This document shows, in pieces, positions 27,607-36,295 of a stretch of 64,000 bases of DNA (the stretch's first letter is position 1; each line of letters opens with the position of its first letter). The translations under genes and the position numbers were made by a program. Source of the DNA: a virus. Its lineage: Duplodnaviria; Caudoviricetes. The DNA lies in the IMG/VR virus record IMGVR_UViG_3300037308_000558, positions 2,089-66,088 of that record. One strand, given 5' to 3'. The notes under the pieces are model-generated. The model saw only the letters and a program-made list of their open reading frames with translations. It made no database searches and was not told the origin of the DNA.

Positions 27607-28421
27607 ACGAAGAGATCCAGCGAAGGTTCCGCGACGCCGTCCGTCAGCTCGGCCTGACGAAGGAGTCGGAGGCGATCATCCCATCGTCCTTGTCGAACGT
27701 GGACGACGAGGCGCAAGAGCAGACCGAGACGGCGCAGGGAGCCGCGGCAACGAAGAGCTCGGTGAAGCCCGAGGCGCCTGCTACCAAACTCGCGCTCATC
27801 AACATCTTCCAGCATCCCGACGCACACCCATACGTCTTGGACCTGCTCCTGCTTCGGAAGTACGGCCCGGACTGGATGGAGTGGGAGCCGGAGACGGTGC
27901 GCCTGCACATCGAGCACGACTTCCCCACGAAGGGCGTGAGCGACTTGGCCATGTCCAAGCTCAACGCCATGAAGACGCTGCACTACGTGGGGATGTACTG
28001 GACGAACTGGGAGGTCTTTCTCGCTTGCACGATGCCGCTGAACAACTTGTTCCCCGACTTCGTGCACATGCAGGTGCCCACCGTTGCGCAGTGTGCGATC
28101 TCCGTTGAGACGGCCAACCGCGTGCGCGATGACGTTCAGTGGAGCGATGAGCTCAAGGCCTACCTTGCCACGGTGTGCAAGTTCGACGGCATCTTCTGTC
28201 CACCGGAGCCCTTGGACTTTGTGACGGTGGACGCCTCCGAATACATTGTGGACTGCGAGGAAGTCCGCAAGCTCTGGCCCGATGTGCGACGTACGGGTGT
28301 GGCCCCGCAAGCGCCCGGCGTCACGAACGAACAACTCCGGCGCATGCTGATCGTGCACCAGGCTCTTCTGGGGAACCGCGACCACCTGCGCCAACAGCTC
28401 ACGGCGTTGCTCTATGTCTAG
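27603..28421 (+). CDS. hypothetical protein (272 aa)
   Basis: GTGA-coupled, GC3-rich ORF. Confidence 0.7.
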   Translation: MNEEIQRRFRDAVRQLGLTKESEAIIPSSLSNVDDEAQEQTETAQGAAATKSSVKPEAPATKLALINIFQHPDAHPYVLDLLLLRKYGPDWMEWEPETVRLHIEHDFPTKGVSDLAMSKLNAMKTLHYVGMYWTNWEVFLACTMPLNNLFPDFVHMQVPTVAQCAISVETANRVRDDVQWSDELKAYLATVCKFDGIFCPPEPLDFVTVDASEYIVDCEEVRKLWPDVRRTGVAPQAPGVTNEQLRRMLIVHQALLGNRDHLRQQLTALLYV

Positions 28422-29583
28422 CTTCCCCCCAGAGATGCTGCTGGCGCTTCAGGATGAGCTGGAGAAGGGCGCAGCGATTCCAGGCATGCAGGCGGCCCGG
28501 AATCTCCTCTCTCGGCAGGGCTCCGCCATCGGTGCTGGCGCGGGTCTTGGGGCCGCCGTGGGTGGCCTGGGAGGCCTCGGCGTGGGCGGCGTGCGGGGCT
28601 ACCGGGAAGCGCGCGAGCAGGGCGCGAGCCGCGGGCAGGCAGCGCTCATGGGGCTTGGCAGAGGGGCGATGGGGGTAGGACGCGGCGCTACCGTCGGGGC
28701 TCTGGCGGGCGCCGGCGCGGGTGCCCTTTCGGGCCAGCGGGGTGTGGAGCTGGCTCGGGAGCTGTCTGGGAAGGAGGGCCTGCACGCCAGCCTGGCCCGC
28801 TCAGGCCAGCGTCAGCTCCACTCCCTGACGGGGTGGACTCCGGAGGCGGGCCTCGAATCTGTTCGTGGTGGTGCCTGGGGCGCCAAGCAGCGTGCGGCGA
28901 AGGCGTTGCAGAAGTGGGAGTCGGCGTCAGGTGCTACGGGCAAGGACCTCGCTTCTGGCAAAGTACGCGGTCTCACGAAAGCACCCACCCCGGGAGCCGC
29001 CGAGGGTGTGGCGCATGACGTACTCGACCCCAAGGCGCTGAAGGCACGCTCTGCTGCTCGGAAGGAGTACGAGTTGGCGCTGCAGCATCAAGGTGCGGTC
29101 GAGAAGTCCGTGGAACACGGCATGACCAATCTGCCGGGGATGTACCAGGCCCTCAAGGGCCCCAACCGCATGGAAGCCCTCAAGGCCGGCGTGGGCGCTG
29201 GGTGGCATGGAGACACCGCGGCCATGAAGGCCCTCAACGTGGGTCTCCCGCTGGGAATGGTGGGCTTGGCTGCGGCCACGTCGCCCAAGGAAGAACGCGG
29301 ACAGGCCGTGGGGCGCGAAGCGGGCATGGCCGCCGCGGGGATGCTCTCGCCCTTCACGGTCATGCCGTTCGTCGGAGGCCAGGTCCTAGCCAGGGGCGCA
29401 CAGGCAGCCGGTAAGACCGTCGGGAAGGGCATCGACAAGCTGCGCAACCGGCATGCGGGCCTGCCCAGCGTGGCGCAGGTTCCCGGCACCGAGGGTGGAG
29501 ACGGGGGCAACCCGCCCTTCCCCATCGAGCGCAACTACTCGAACTCGGCCTTGGGTAGGCCGCCAGAGGGCATGGGCGTATGA
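28414..29583 (+). CDS. glycine-zipper protein, candidate internal/ejection protein (389 aa)
   Basis: N-terminal QDELEKGAA; GxxxG repeats IGAGAGLGAAVGGLGGLGVGG and GATVGALAGAGAG. Confidence 0.65.
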   Translation: MSSFPPEMLLALQDELEKGAAIPGMQAARNLLSRQGSAIGAGAGLGAAVGGLGGLGVGGVRGYREAREQGASRGQAALMGLGRGAMGVGRGATVGALAGAGAGALSGQRGVELARELSGKEGLHASLARSGQRQLHSLTGWTPEAGLESVRGGAWGAKQRAAKALQKWESASGATGKDLASGKVRGLTKAPTPGAAEGVAHDVLDPKALKARSAARKEYELALQHQGAVEKSVEHGMTNLPGMYQALKGPNRMEALKAGVGAGWHGDTAAMKALNVGLPLGMVGLAAATSPKEERGQAVGREAGMAAAGMLSPFTVMPFVGGQVLARGAQAAGKTVGKGIDKLRNRHAGLPSVAQVPGTEGGDGGNPPFPIERNYSNSALGRPPEGMGV

Positions 29584-31574
29584 GCTTCACCGGCGGCATC
29601 TTCGGTACAGGCACCAGTCCCAACGCGGCCATGCGCTTCTCGATGACGAGAGGCCGCATTCAGGGAGGCGCCGGAGCCGGCGTCAACTACCCGTCCCCCT
29701 TCTTCGACGTCGCGCACACGTACCTGCCGACGACGATCAAGCACCTGTTCAAGTTCTGCCGCTTCTACTTCTTCACCAACCCCCTCGTCAACGCGACGGT
29801 CTTCAAGCTCTCCGAGTACCCCATCACGGACATCATCGTCGACCACGACGACCCGGGCGTTCGGAAGAAGTGGCGCGAGTACTTCCACGACCACCTGCAG
29901 TACCGCAACTTCCAAATCGAGAGCGGCCTCGACTACCACTGCTACGGCAACTGCATCACCAGCATCAGCTTCCCCTTCCAGAAGTACCTGAAGTGCAAGG
30001 AGTGCGGCTGGACGGAGCGCGCCGAGAAGACGAAGCCACTCTGGACCTTCACGAACTACGAGTTCAGGCTGAACTGCCCGAAGTGCGGCAGCACGTCGGA
30101 AGCAACCGCCTACGACCACTACGTGCGCAACGCCAGCGGCATCAAGCTCATCCGTTGGAACGTCGAGGACGTCGAGATCAGCTACAACGAGATGACGGGC
30201 GACTCGACGTACTTCTACACCATCCCGGGCCCCCTTCGGAACGACATCACCGTGGGGAAGAAGGACGTCGTCGACAAGATCCCGCAGATCTTCATCCAGG
30301 CCCTGCGCCAGGGCAAGGGTGTGGTCATCAGCAAGGACAACCTCTTCCATCTCAAGAGGCCCACGCTGGCGTGGCAGGACCGTGGCTGGGGCGTTCCGCT
30401 CATCATGCCCGTGCTCAAGGACACCTTCTACCTGCAGATGATGAAGAAGGCGCAGGAGGCCATCCTGCTGGAGCACATCGTGCCGCTGCGGGTCCTGTTC
30501 CCGCAGGCTGCGTCGGGTACCACCGACCCCTTCACGACCATCAACCTCATCGACTGGCGTGACCAAGTGGCGAGCGAGATTGCCCGGTGGCGCTTCGACA
30601 ACAACTACATCCCCATCATGCCGCTGCCCTTGGGGCAGCAGACCGTCGGCGGTGAGGGCAAGCAGCTCTTGCTCTTCAACGAGATCCAGTCGCTCTCCGA
30701 GCACATCATCATGGGGATGGGTGTGCCCAAGGAGTTCCTGATGGGCGGGCTCAGCTACGCGGGCACGAACGTGTCGATGCGCATGCTGGAGAACGCGTTC
30801 ATCGGCTACGTGAGTCGGCACCGACTCATGGCGCGCTGGGTCATGCGCTTCATCGCGAACTTCATGCGTTGGCCCGTGGCCAACATCAGGTTCAAGCCCT
30901 TCAAGATGGCCGACGACCTGCAGCGCAAGGCGTACCTCTTCCAGCTCAGCGGTGCGCAGAAGATCTCGGACACCACCCTTCTTGCGGATGCGGATCTAGA
31001 CAAGGAAGAGGAAGACGAGATCATGAGCCGCGAGTCGGACAAGACGCTCGCGACTCAGAAGAAGCAGCAGCTCGCCCAGGCGGAGATCCAAGGCGAGGCG
31101 CAGGTAATCATGCAGAAGATGCAGGTGAAGGCGCAGCAGGCCATGCAGGGAGCGCAGGCCGCACCCCAGGCCCCCGGCGAGCCCGGCGGTCCCGAGGCCG
31201 CCCCGACCACTCCGCCTCCTGAAGAGGGTGGCCCTCCGCAGGCACCTCCGGCCGAAGCAGGAGGTCAGGGGCCCGCTCCGCCCGAGGCCCAGAGCCAGCT
31301 CAACGCAGGCCAGCGTCTGCCCGAAGGGCAGGCCGGCATGGACCTCAACAGCATGGCGCAGAGCTACGCGCAGCAGCTCTCGCAGATGCCACCCGACCAG
31401 CAACAGCAGGCCATCCAGGCCATCGCTGCCCAGAGTCCCGAGCTCGCGCAGCTGGTGCAGCAGTACCTGGCCTCGATGGGTGCTGGTGGCGGGCAGCAAG
31501 GACAAGAGCAGGGCGTCAACATGCAGCCCTTGCCCGACAAGCTGCCGCCGCGTCGTGCGAACGCGCCAATCTAG
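29580..31574 (+). CDS. portal protein with Zn-ribbon insertion and Q/P-rich tail
   Basis: NPLVNATVFKL, DYHCYGNC, LFHLK, WGVPLIMPV and MGVPKEFL follow portal-family pattern order. Confidence 0.72.
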   Translation: MSFTGGIFGTGTSPNAAMRFSMTRGRIQGGAGAGVNYPSPFFDVAHTYLPTTIKHLFKFCRFYFFTNPLVNATVFKLSEYPITDIIVDHDDPGVRKKWREYFHDHLQYRNFQIESGLDYHCYGNCITSISFPFQKYLKCKECGWTERAEKTKPLWTFTNYEFRLNCPKCGSTSEATAYDHYVRNASGIKLIRWNVEDVEISYNEMTGDSTYFYTIPGPLRNDITVGKKDVVDKIPQIFIQALRQGKGVVISKDNLFHLKRPTLAWQDRGWGVPLIMPVLKDTFYLQMMKKAQEAILLEHIVPLRVLFPQAASGTTDPFTTINLIDWRDQVASEIARWRFDNNYIPIMPLPLGQQTVGGEGKQLLLFNEIQSLSEHIIMGMGVPKEFLMGGLSYAGTNVSMRMLENAFIGYVSRHRLMARWVMRFIANFMRWPVANIRFKPFKMADDLQRKAYLFQLSGAQKISDTTLLADADLDKEEEDEIMSRESDKTLATQKKQQLAQAEIQGEAQVIMQKMQVKAQQAMQGAQAAPQAPGEPGGPEAAPTTPPPEEGGPPQAPPAEAGGQGPAPPEAQSQLNAGQRLPEGQAGMDLNSMAQSYAQQLSQMPPDQQQQAIQAIAAQSPELAQLVQQYLASMGAGGGQQGQEQGVNMQPLPDKLPPRRANAPI

Positions 31575-31583
31575 GGCTACGAA

Positions 31584-31617
31584 GAAGTAGAGCGGGGTGT
31601 GACCCCCGCTCTACTTC
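31584..31617. terminator. probable bidirectional terminator between convergent blocks
   Basis: Perfect 14-bp stem GAAGTAGAGCGGGG-tgtgac-CCCCGCTCTACTTC. Confidence 0.75.
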
Positions 31618-31639
31618 TCCACTCCTTCCGGGCCGCTGG

Positions 31640-31987
31640 TCAGCCCTTCAGGAACTCGTTGACGATGGCGCCCATGACGATGCCAGCGGCCACGGCGCCG
31701 CTGCTCGTGTGGTGCACACGGCGCTCGACCACCACACGGCGCTCGTCGCGCTCGTCTCGCACGTTCTCAGCACGCCACCCGTCCCAGAGGACGGCGTGTC
31801 CGAGTGCCGTTCCCTGGTACGCTGCGAAGGCGGAGAAGACCTCGTTGGGGAGCCGCGAGATTGTCTCGCGGTCAAGCGAACCCGCGAACCCGCGGGAGTA
31901 CTTGACCCACCGGTTTCCTTCCCGCGTATAGAGCGTGTAGCGGTAAGAATCGCGAACGGCCTGGAGAGCTTCGATCTTCGTTTTCAT
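31640..31987 (-). CDS. hypothetical protein with hydrophobic C-terminus (115 aa; ATG 31987)
   Basis: AGGAG SD; MKTKIEAL...AVAAGIVMGAIVNEFLKG. Confidence 0.6.
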   Translation of the reverse strand: MKTKIEALQAVRDSYRYTLYTREGNRWVKYSRGFAGSLDRETISRLPNEVFSAFAAYQGTALGHAVLWDGWRAENVRDERDERRVVVERRVHHTSSGAVAAGIVMGAIVNEFLKG

Positions 31988-32026
31988 GGTTCCGTCTCCT
32001 ATTTGCCTTGGTTTCCTGGTCATTGT

Positions 32027-32035
32027 TCTTATGCC
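32027..32035 (-). promoter_or_regulatory. GGCATAAGA motif
   Basis: Exact copy 39 nt upstream of ATG 31987. Confidence 0.6.
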
Positions 32036-32168
32036 TGCTTTCCAGGCGTTTTTGCGGCTAGGAAAAGCGCGTGTGGGCGCCCGGGAGAAGGAGAGGAGCC
32101 ACCACCAGGACTCCGGAGGACCCACACGCGCGAGGTAGCTTGTAGAGGCGTCTCCACCTCTTCACTCT

Positions 32169-32177
32169 TCTTATGCC
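32169..32177 (-). promoter_or_regulatory. GGCATAAGA motif
   Basis: Exact copy just downstream of the vWA stop codon. Confidence 0.55.
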
Positions 32178-32186
32178 GCGCCCTGC

Positions 32187-33425
32187 TCAGTCTTTGCACT
32201 CGACGACGGTGCCCCACGGCGCCGGCACCTTGCATGGCGGGATCGTGCACCAGATGACGTTCATGTTGACTGGACGTGCCGGGCTGTCCCCGTAGCCGTC
32301 GGTGAGGTAGAACACCACGTCGGGCCTGGGGTTCAGCTTCGTCACGGCGGCAAGCGCGTGCTTGAAGGACGTCCCTCCACGGCCGAGAGCCGGGAGCTTC
32401 TTGACGTCCCGCACGTGCACGCGTGTGGGCTTCCGCTGCACCTTCACATCCGCGTCGAGCAGCCACACCTCGTCGATGTTCATCTGCTTCATGACGTTGA
32501 TGATCTCGTTGTTGGCGACGTTGATCATGTCGTCATCCATGGATGCCGACGTGTCCCGGATGAAGGCGACTTCGAGCTCGGGGTCTACGAGTCCCCGTCG
32601 GATGACACCAAGAAGCGCGGCTCGTCGATTCGGGTGTGCCAACGAGTAGTCGAAGCCACCGTTGGCGATACGGCCGAGTAGCTTGCCGGCTACATGTCGG
32701 AGCTTGTGCCGCCAGTTGATCGTGCTGCGCTTCTCCTGGAAGATGATGTCGCTCTTGGAGGCGCCGGGGATGCTCCCCCATCCGTTCTTCTTGGCGTACT
32801 CCTTCATGCTGGAAACGGCGCTCTTCTTGGCCTGCTCTACCTCGGTCTCCGACCGACCCGCCGCCTTGTCGAGCGTATCCTCCAGCGCCTTGGAGATTGG
32901 GTTTCCCGCTACGCCTCCGCACTTCCCGCCGGCTACCCCCTTGGGCATCTTCTCCATCTTCTTCTGGTTGCGCATGAGCAGCTCGTAGTACTGCTCCAGC
33001 GTCAGACCCTTCTTGAAGCCCTGCTTCTCGGGGTGGCACCCCCAGCTGGGTAGCTTCCAACCTGCTTCCAGCATGGGAGGGTTGATGGTGTAGTCGGCAG
33101 CGTAGTTGGCCGCTTCTGGGGAGAAGCTGCTCGCCGTCCTGATGCGCAGCTCCTCGATGCGCACCAGGTGGTTCAGCGACGGGTGCATCGCCTCGTGAAA
33201 GACGCACCCACCGACGACGTCGTAGTCGGTGATCTCTGGGTCGGTGAGGAGCCACACGGGGTCGTACGCCAGCACCAGGCCCTTCGACACGCCCATCGTG
33301 CCGATGCCCGTCACCTGGATGGGCACCAGCTTGTAAAGCATGCCGCAGTAGGGAGCCCGCTTGATGGCGTACTTCCTTCCCTTGGCCAGGAGCTGTGCTG
33401 CTTCGGGGATGTAGGCGTCAGTCAT
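32187..33425 (-). CDS. HExxH metallopeptidase-like + vWA-like protein (DUF2201 type)
   Basis: FHEAMH, ANYAADYTIN, MIDAS-like RDTSAS, GRGGTSF, YLTDGYG. Confidence 0.85.
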   Translation of the reverse strand: MTDAYIPEAAQLLAKGRKYAIKRAPYCGMLYKLVPIQVTGIGTMGVSKGLVLAYDPVWLLTDPEITDYDVVGGCVFHEAMHPSLNHLVRIEELRIRTASSFSPEAANYAADYTINPPMLEAGWKLPSWGCHPEKQGFKKGLTLEQYYELLMRNQKKMEKMPKGVAGGKCGGVAGNPISKALEDTLDKAAGRSETEVEQAKKSAVSSMKEYAKKNGWGSIPGASKSDIIFQEKRSTINWRHKLRHVAGKLLGRIANGGFDYSLAHPNRRAALLGVIRRGLVDPELEVAFIRDTSASMDDDMINVANNEIINVMKQMNIDEVWLLDADVKVQRKPTRVHVRDVKKLPALGRGGTSFKHALAAVTKLNPRPDVVFYLTDGYGDSPARPVNMNVIWCTIPPCKVPAPWGTVVECKD

Positions 33426-34629
33426 CGCGCAGATCCGGTCTGCCGTATCCACCCGCGTCCAAGGCCGCGATGACCTTCTCTGCGGCAGCGGATAGGTCGG
33501 CGTTGCCGTGGTGCTTTCTTCCCAGCTTGTTGCGGATGAACAGCTGGGTGGACTCCGTCGCCAGGTCGGCGTTGCCGTCCGTGATGACGTGGTAGAGGAT
33601 GTCCCACGCAGGGATGGCTGCCTTCACGGCGTCCTTGTACGCCAAGTCGATGACGTACTTGGCCATGTTGGCGATGGCTGCCATGGAGATGTCGATGCGC
33701 AGGCGGTCGTACCTCCACTTCTCCGCGAGCATCTTCTCGGGCTTCGGCAGGTTCGCCTTCGCCGCCCACTCACTCCATGCCTCTCCGGCTTCTTCACCCA
33801 CGAGCGACTCGACGATCTCGCCTTCGAGCTCCTGGGGCATGCCCAGTGCTCGCGCGGTCGTGACAGCGCAGCTTGCCCAGTGCCACGTGCGCAGGCTGGG
33901 CCACGCGCCTCCGCTCTTCGGGTCGTCGGGCTCGGGCTGAACGTGCGCGAGGTCTTGTCGGCACTCGTCGAAGCCGATGAAGAGCGCGTTCACCTCACCC
34001 CAGTGCTTGTAGAAGTTGTCCAGCACCATCTTCTCGGCATCCTGGACGTTCTTCAGCGGATTCTCCACACGGATGCCCATGCGCCACTGCCGACGCTCTC
34101 GCTGCGGCGGGCACTTGTACGGCTTGTGCGCCATCTTGTTCGCCATGGGCGGACTGATGGGGTAGCCACCCGCGGCGTGCTCTGGTGGGTTCATCGCCAT
34201 CAAGATCCGTGTCTTGCCGGGCAGCGGCGTGTCGCCAACCCGCTTCTCATCGATCATGGTGAGGAAGCCAGCTTGCACGGCGGGCCTCATGCAGCTCACC
34301 TCATCGGCGAAGATGACACCGCGGCCCTTGTTGATGATGGCGCGCGCGGCGGGCAGGACGCACTCCACGAGGATACCCGTCGTGGTAGGCACGTAGACGC
34401 CGGAGAAGTCGTCGGGTTGCTTCGTCGAGCCCGAGAAGCAGTAGGTGTCCAGGCCCACCATGTTCCCGATGGTGCTGATCCTCTTGCTCTTGCGGATACC
34501 GGACAGGCCCACAAGACACGTGGAGATGCCCCACAGAGTGACCGGGTCGAACAGCGAGCGCGGGTCGCAGGGGTCGATGATGGGAGTCATCATCATCGTC
34601 ACGAGGTACTGCTCAAGCGTTGTACTCAT
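33418..34629 (-). CDS. MoxR/AAA_5-type ATPase
   Basis: GLSGIRKS (variant Walker A), DDFSG, IFADE (Walker B), MAMNP, PSLRTW; paired with the vWA gene. Confidence 0.82.
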   Translation of the reverse strand: MSTTLEQYLVTMMMTPIIDPCDPRSLFDPVTLWGISTCLVGLSGIRKSKRISTIGNMVGLDTYCFSGSTKQPDDFSGVYVPTTTGILVECVLPAARAIINKGRGVIFADEVSCMRPAVQAGFLTMIDEKRVGDTPLPGKTRILMAMNPPEHAAGGYPISPPMANKMAHKPYKCPPQRERRQWRMGIRVENPLKNVQDAEKMVLDNFYKHWGEVNALFIGFDECRQDLAHVQPEPDDPKSGGAWPSLRTWHWASCAVTTARALGMPQELEGEIVESLVGEEAGEAWSEWAAKANLPKPEKMLAEKWRYDRLRIDISMAAIANMAKYVIDLAYKDAVKAAIPAWDILYHVITDGNADLATESTQLFIRNKLGRKHHGNADLSAAAEKVIAALDAGGYGRPDLRDD

Positions 34630-34918
34630 TCTTCCTCTCGATTTCTTGGGCCTCTCGGCACCACTCCTTCTGAAGAACCGTCACGATCTGCCCTCCGTGC
34701 AGCACGGCGTAGGCATCCTCACCTTCCAAGCTAAAGGGAACGAGCGTGCCGCCGGGCGTCTCGATCCCTTTGCCCTTCTTCAGGGCCTTGTCGATCTTCG
34801 GTAGCACCCGGCGGCACAAGTCGGTGTCGCTCATGTGGCGGATGCACCGCCAGTACGACCGCATGCGGCTGAGCGCATGCGGCGTTAGAAACAGACGGCG
34901 CCTATCCGTACTGGCCAT
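34613..34918 (-). CDS. hypothetical protein (101 aa)
   Basis: LFLTPHALSRM...VLHGGQIVTV pattern; coupled ORF. Confidence 0.55.
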   Translation of the reverse strand: MASTDRRRLFLTPHALSRMRSYWRCIRHMSDTDLCRRVLPKIDKALKKGKGIETPGGTLVPFSLEGEDAYAVLHGGQIVTVLQKEWCREAQEIERKNEYNA

Positions 34919-35432
34919 CTGCCTCTTGCTGCTGGCGGTACATGACCTCATCGCGCTCGTCGTCATCGAAGCCCTCTTCCCATAGCTCGATGACGTCACC
35001 GCTCAACCGTGCAGCGCAGGCGCGGCACCACACCTCCGGCTTCTGCACGCCGGCGAAGTGGATGGTGGGTTTGCCCGCCGGCATGCGCTGCGAGCGCCTG
35101 AGCTCACCGAGGGTGATGACAGCGGTGATCTCCATGTTCTCGATGCCACTCTTGCAGATGGCGCAAGAGCGCGTGGCACCGGGCTTGCCCACCGGCGGCA
35201 GGTCTTCCACCAGGCCTTCCAACGTCTCCCTCGTCTCCTCCCAGCACTCCATGCAGAAGAAGTGCGGGGTGTAGACGAAGTCGCCACCCTCCTCCACGTT
35301 GTAGAAGACCTCGCCGCCTTCAGGGGTGATGCTCTGGTAGAGCACCTGGACTAGAAAGACCTCGTCCGTTAGGGCGAGCTCCTCCCCGCAGTCGGAGCAG
35401 ATGTGCTCCGTTGCGATCAGATTCTCTTCCAC
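34902..35432 (-). CDS. multi-Cys Zn-binding protein (176 aa; GTG 35432)
   Basis: CSDC, CMEC, CAIC, CRAC. Confidence 0.65.
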   Translation of the reverse strand: MEENLIATEHICSDCGEELALTDEVFLVQVLYQSITPEGGEVFYNVEEGGDFVYTPHFFCMECWEETRETLEGLVEDLPPVGKPGATRSCAICKSGIENMEITAVITLGELRRSQRMPAGKPTIHFAGVQKPEVWCRACAARLSGDVIELWEEGFDDDERDEVMYRQQQEADGQYG

Positions 35433-35998
35433 AGGATCTTGTCTCTCCCCACCCGCGCCCAGCGGGTGTCGATGGTTTCCAGTCTCATGTCCGGGCCCAT
35501 GCCCGTCTGCGGGTCGCAGTCGTACAACATGGTGCTGAGCTCTTCGACGTCGTGCGACCCATCGACGTGAACTCGGCGGGACACCTCCAGTCCGTACGGG
35601 AGCACACCCGGGATTTGCGCCCTCAAGCCGTACTCCCGTTCGAGCATGTCGTCGGCGAGGTCCTCCCAATCCGCCGCGAAGCCGTACCACTCGCGGTCGG
35701 AGGGATCGGGGTACTCTTGCTCGGCCCAGTGGCAGTAGTCTCCCGGGTCTGCCACGCCCAGTAGAACTTCAAGATCACGTTGGTTGCAGAACGTGATGAA
35801 GTTCTTCTGGTCTTCGAGCTTCACCCGGATGCCGCCGAGTCGGCGGCTAGGGATGGGGGCGTAGACCCCCGTGATAACCCACGTCCTGTCCTGCAGGTGC
35901 GGGTCCGGGAGCTTCAGGCCCGACAGGCCCAGCTCCACGCTGAGGATCCGGGTTCCCGGCACCACCTGCAGGCTGTTGCTGTACGGGTTCAGGAGCAT
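35417..35998 (-). CDS. hypothetical protein (193 aa; ATG 35998)
   Basis: GC3-rich frame starting at MLLNPY. Confidence 0.65.
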   Translation of the reverse strand: MLLNPYSNSLQVVPGTRILSVELGLSGLKLPDPHLQDRTWVITGVYAPIPSRRLGGIRVKLEDQKNFITFCNQRDLEVLLGVADPGDYCHWAEQEYPDPSDREWYGFAADWEDLADDMLEREYGLRAQIPGVLPYGLEVSRRVHVDGSHDVEELSTMLYDCDPQTGMGPDMRLETIDTRWARVGRDKILWKRI

Positions 35999-36065
35999 TG
36001 GCCCTTTCCCAGATGTAAAGGAGCGCGCCTTGCAGCGCGCCCACCATGACGCCGAGCCAGAACAC
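35847..36065 (-). CDS. possible small membrane protein (72 aa), overlapping the next gene
   Basis: N-terminal hydrophobic helix FWLGVMVGALQGALLYIW with GC3-rich codons; 3' part overlaps 35417-35998. Confidence 0.35.
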   Translation of the reverse strand: MFWLGVMVGALQGALLYIWERANAPEPVQQQPAGGAGNPDPQRGAGPVGPEAPGPAPAGQDVGYHGGLRPHP

Positions 36066-36191
36066 CTACTCGTCCTTCTCCTTGTCCTTCTCCTCGCGTT
36101 CCTTCTTCTCTTCCTTCTCATCGTGGTCGTAGATGGAGCGTACGGCCTTCTTGGCGCGGTCACCCGAGTCTTCGTCCTTGCGGTCGTTCAT
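36066..36191 (-). CDS. 41-aa highly charged microprotein, absent from the ORF track
   Basis: AAGGAGG SD; MNDRKDEDSGDRAKKAVRSIYDHDEKEEKKEREEKDKEKDE. Confidence 0.6.
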   Translation of the reverse strand: MNDRKDEDSGDRAKKAVRSIYDHDEKEEKKEREEKDKEKDE

Positions 36192-36213
36192 GGCAACGAC
36201 CTCCTTCCGCTAC

Positions 36214-36222
36214 TCTTATGCC
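36214..36222 (-). promoter_or_regulatory. GGCATAAGA motif at the head of the 31.6-36.2 kb block
   Basis: Exact copy 22 nt upstream of ATG 36191. Confidence 0.6.
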
Positions 36223-36277
36223 GCGTGGCGAGGCTGGCTTGCTGCTATCCTTCCGCTGGGATAGGGTCGGGCTTGGG

Positions 36278-36286
36278 GTAGAATCG
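36278..36286 (+). promoter_or_regulatory. GTAGAATCG motif upstream of the RNAP gene
   Basis: Identical to 25611-25619; 9 nt before the ATG, with no SD. Confidence 0.55.
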
Positions 36287-36295
36287 TAGGCACCC

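Noticed and set aside
29535-30821. Long minus-strand ORF (428 aa) opposite the portal gene
   Set aside because: Shadow ORF expected from GC3-biased coding on the other strand; no motifs. The same applies to 49595-50980, 53463-55073, 56800-58317 and 62683-63507.
36063-36068. In-frame TAG readthrough joining the 41-aa charged ORF to the hydrophobic 72-aa ORF
   Set aside because: The GTG after the TAG has its own AAGGA SD-like element, so independent initiation suffices; other genes here use TAG as a normal stop.
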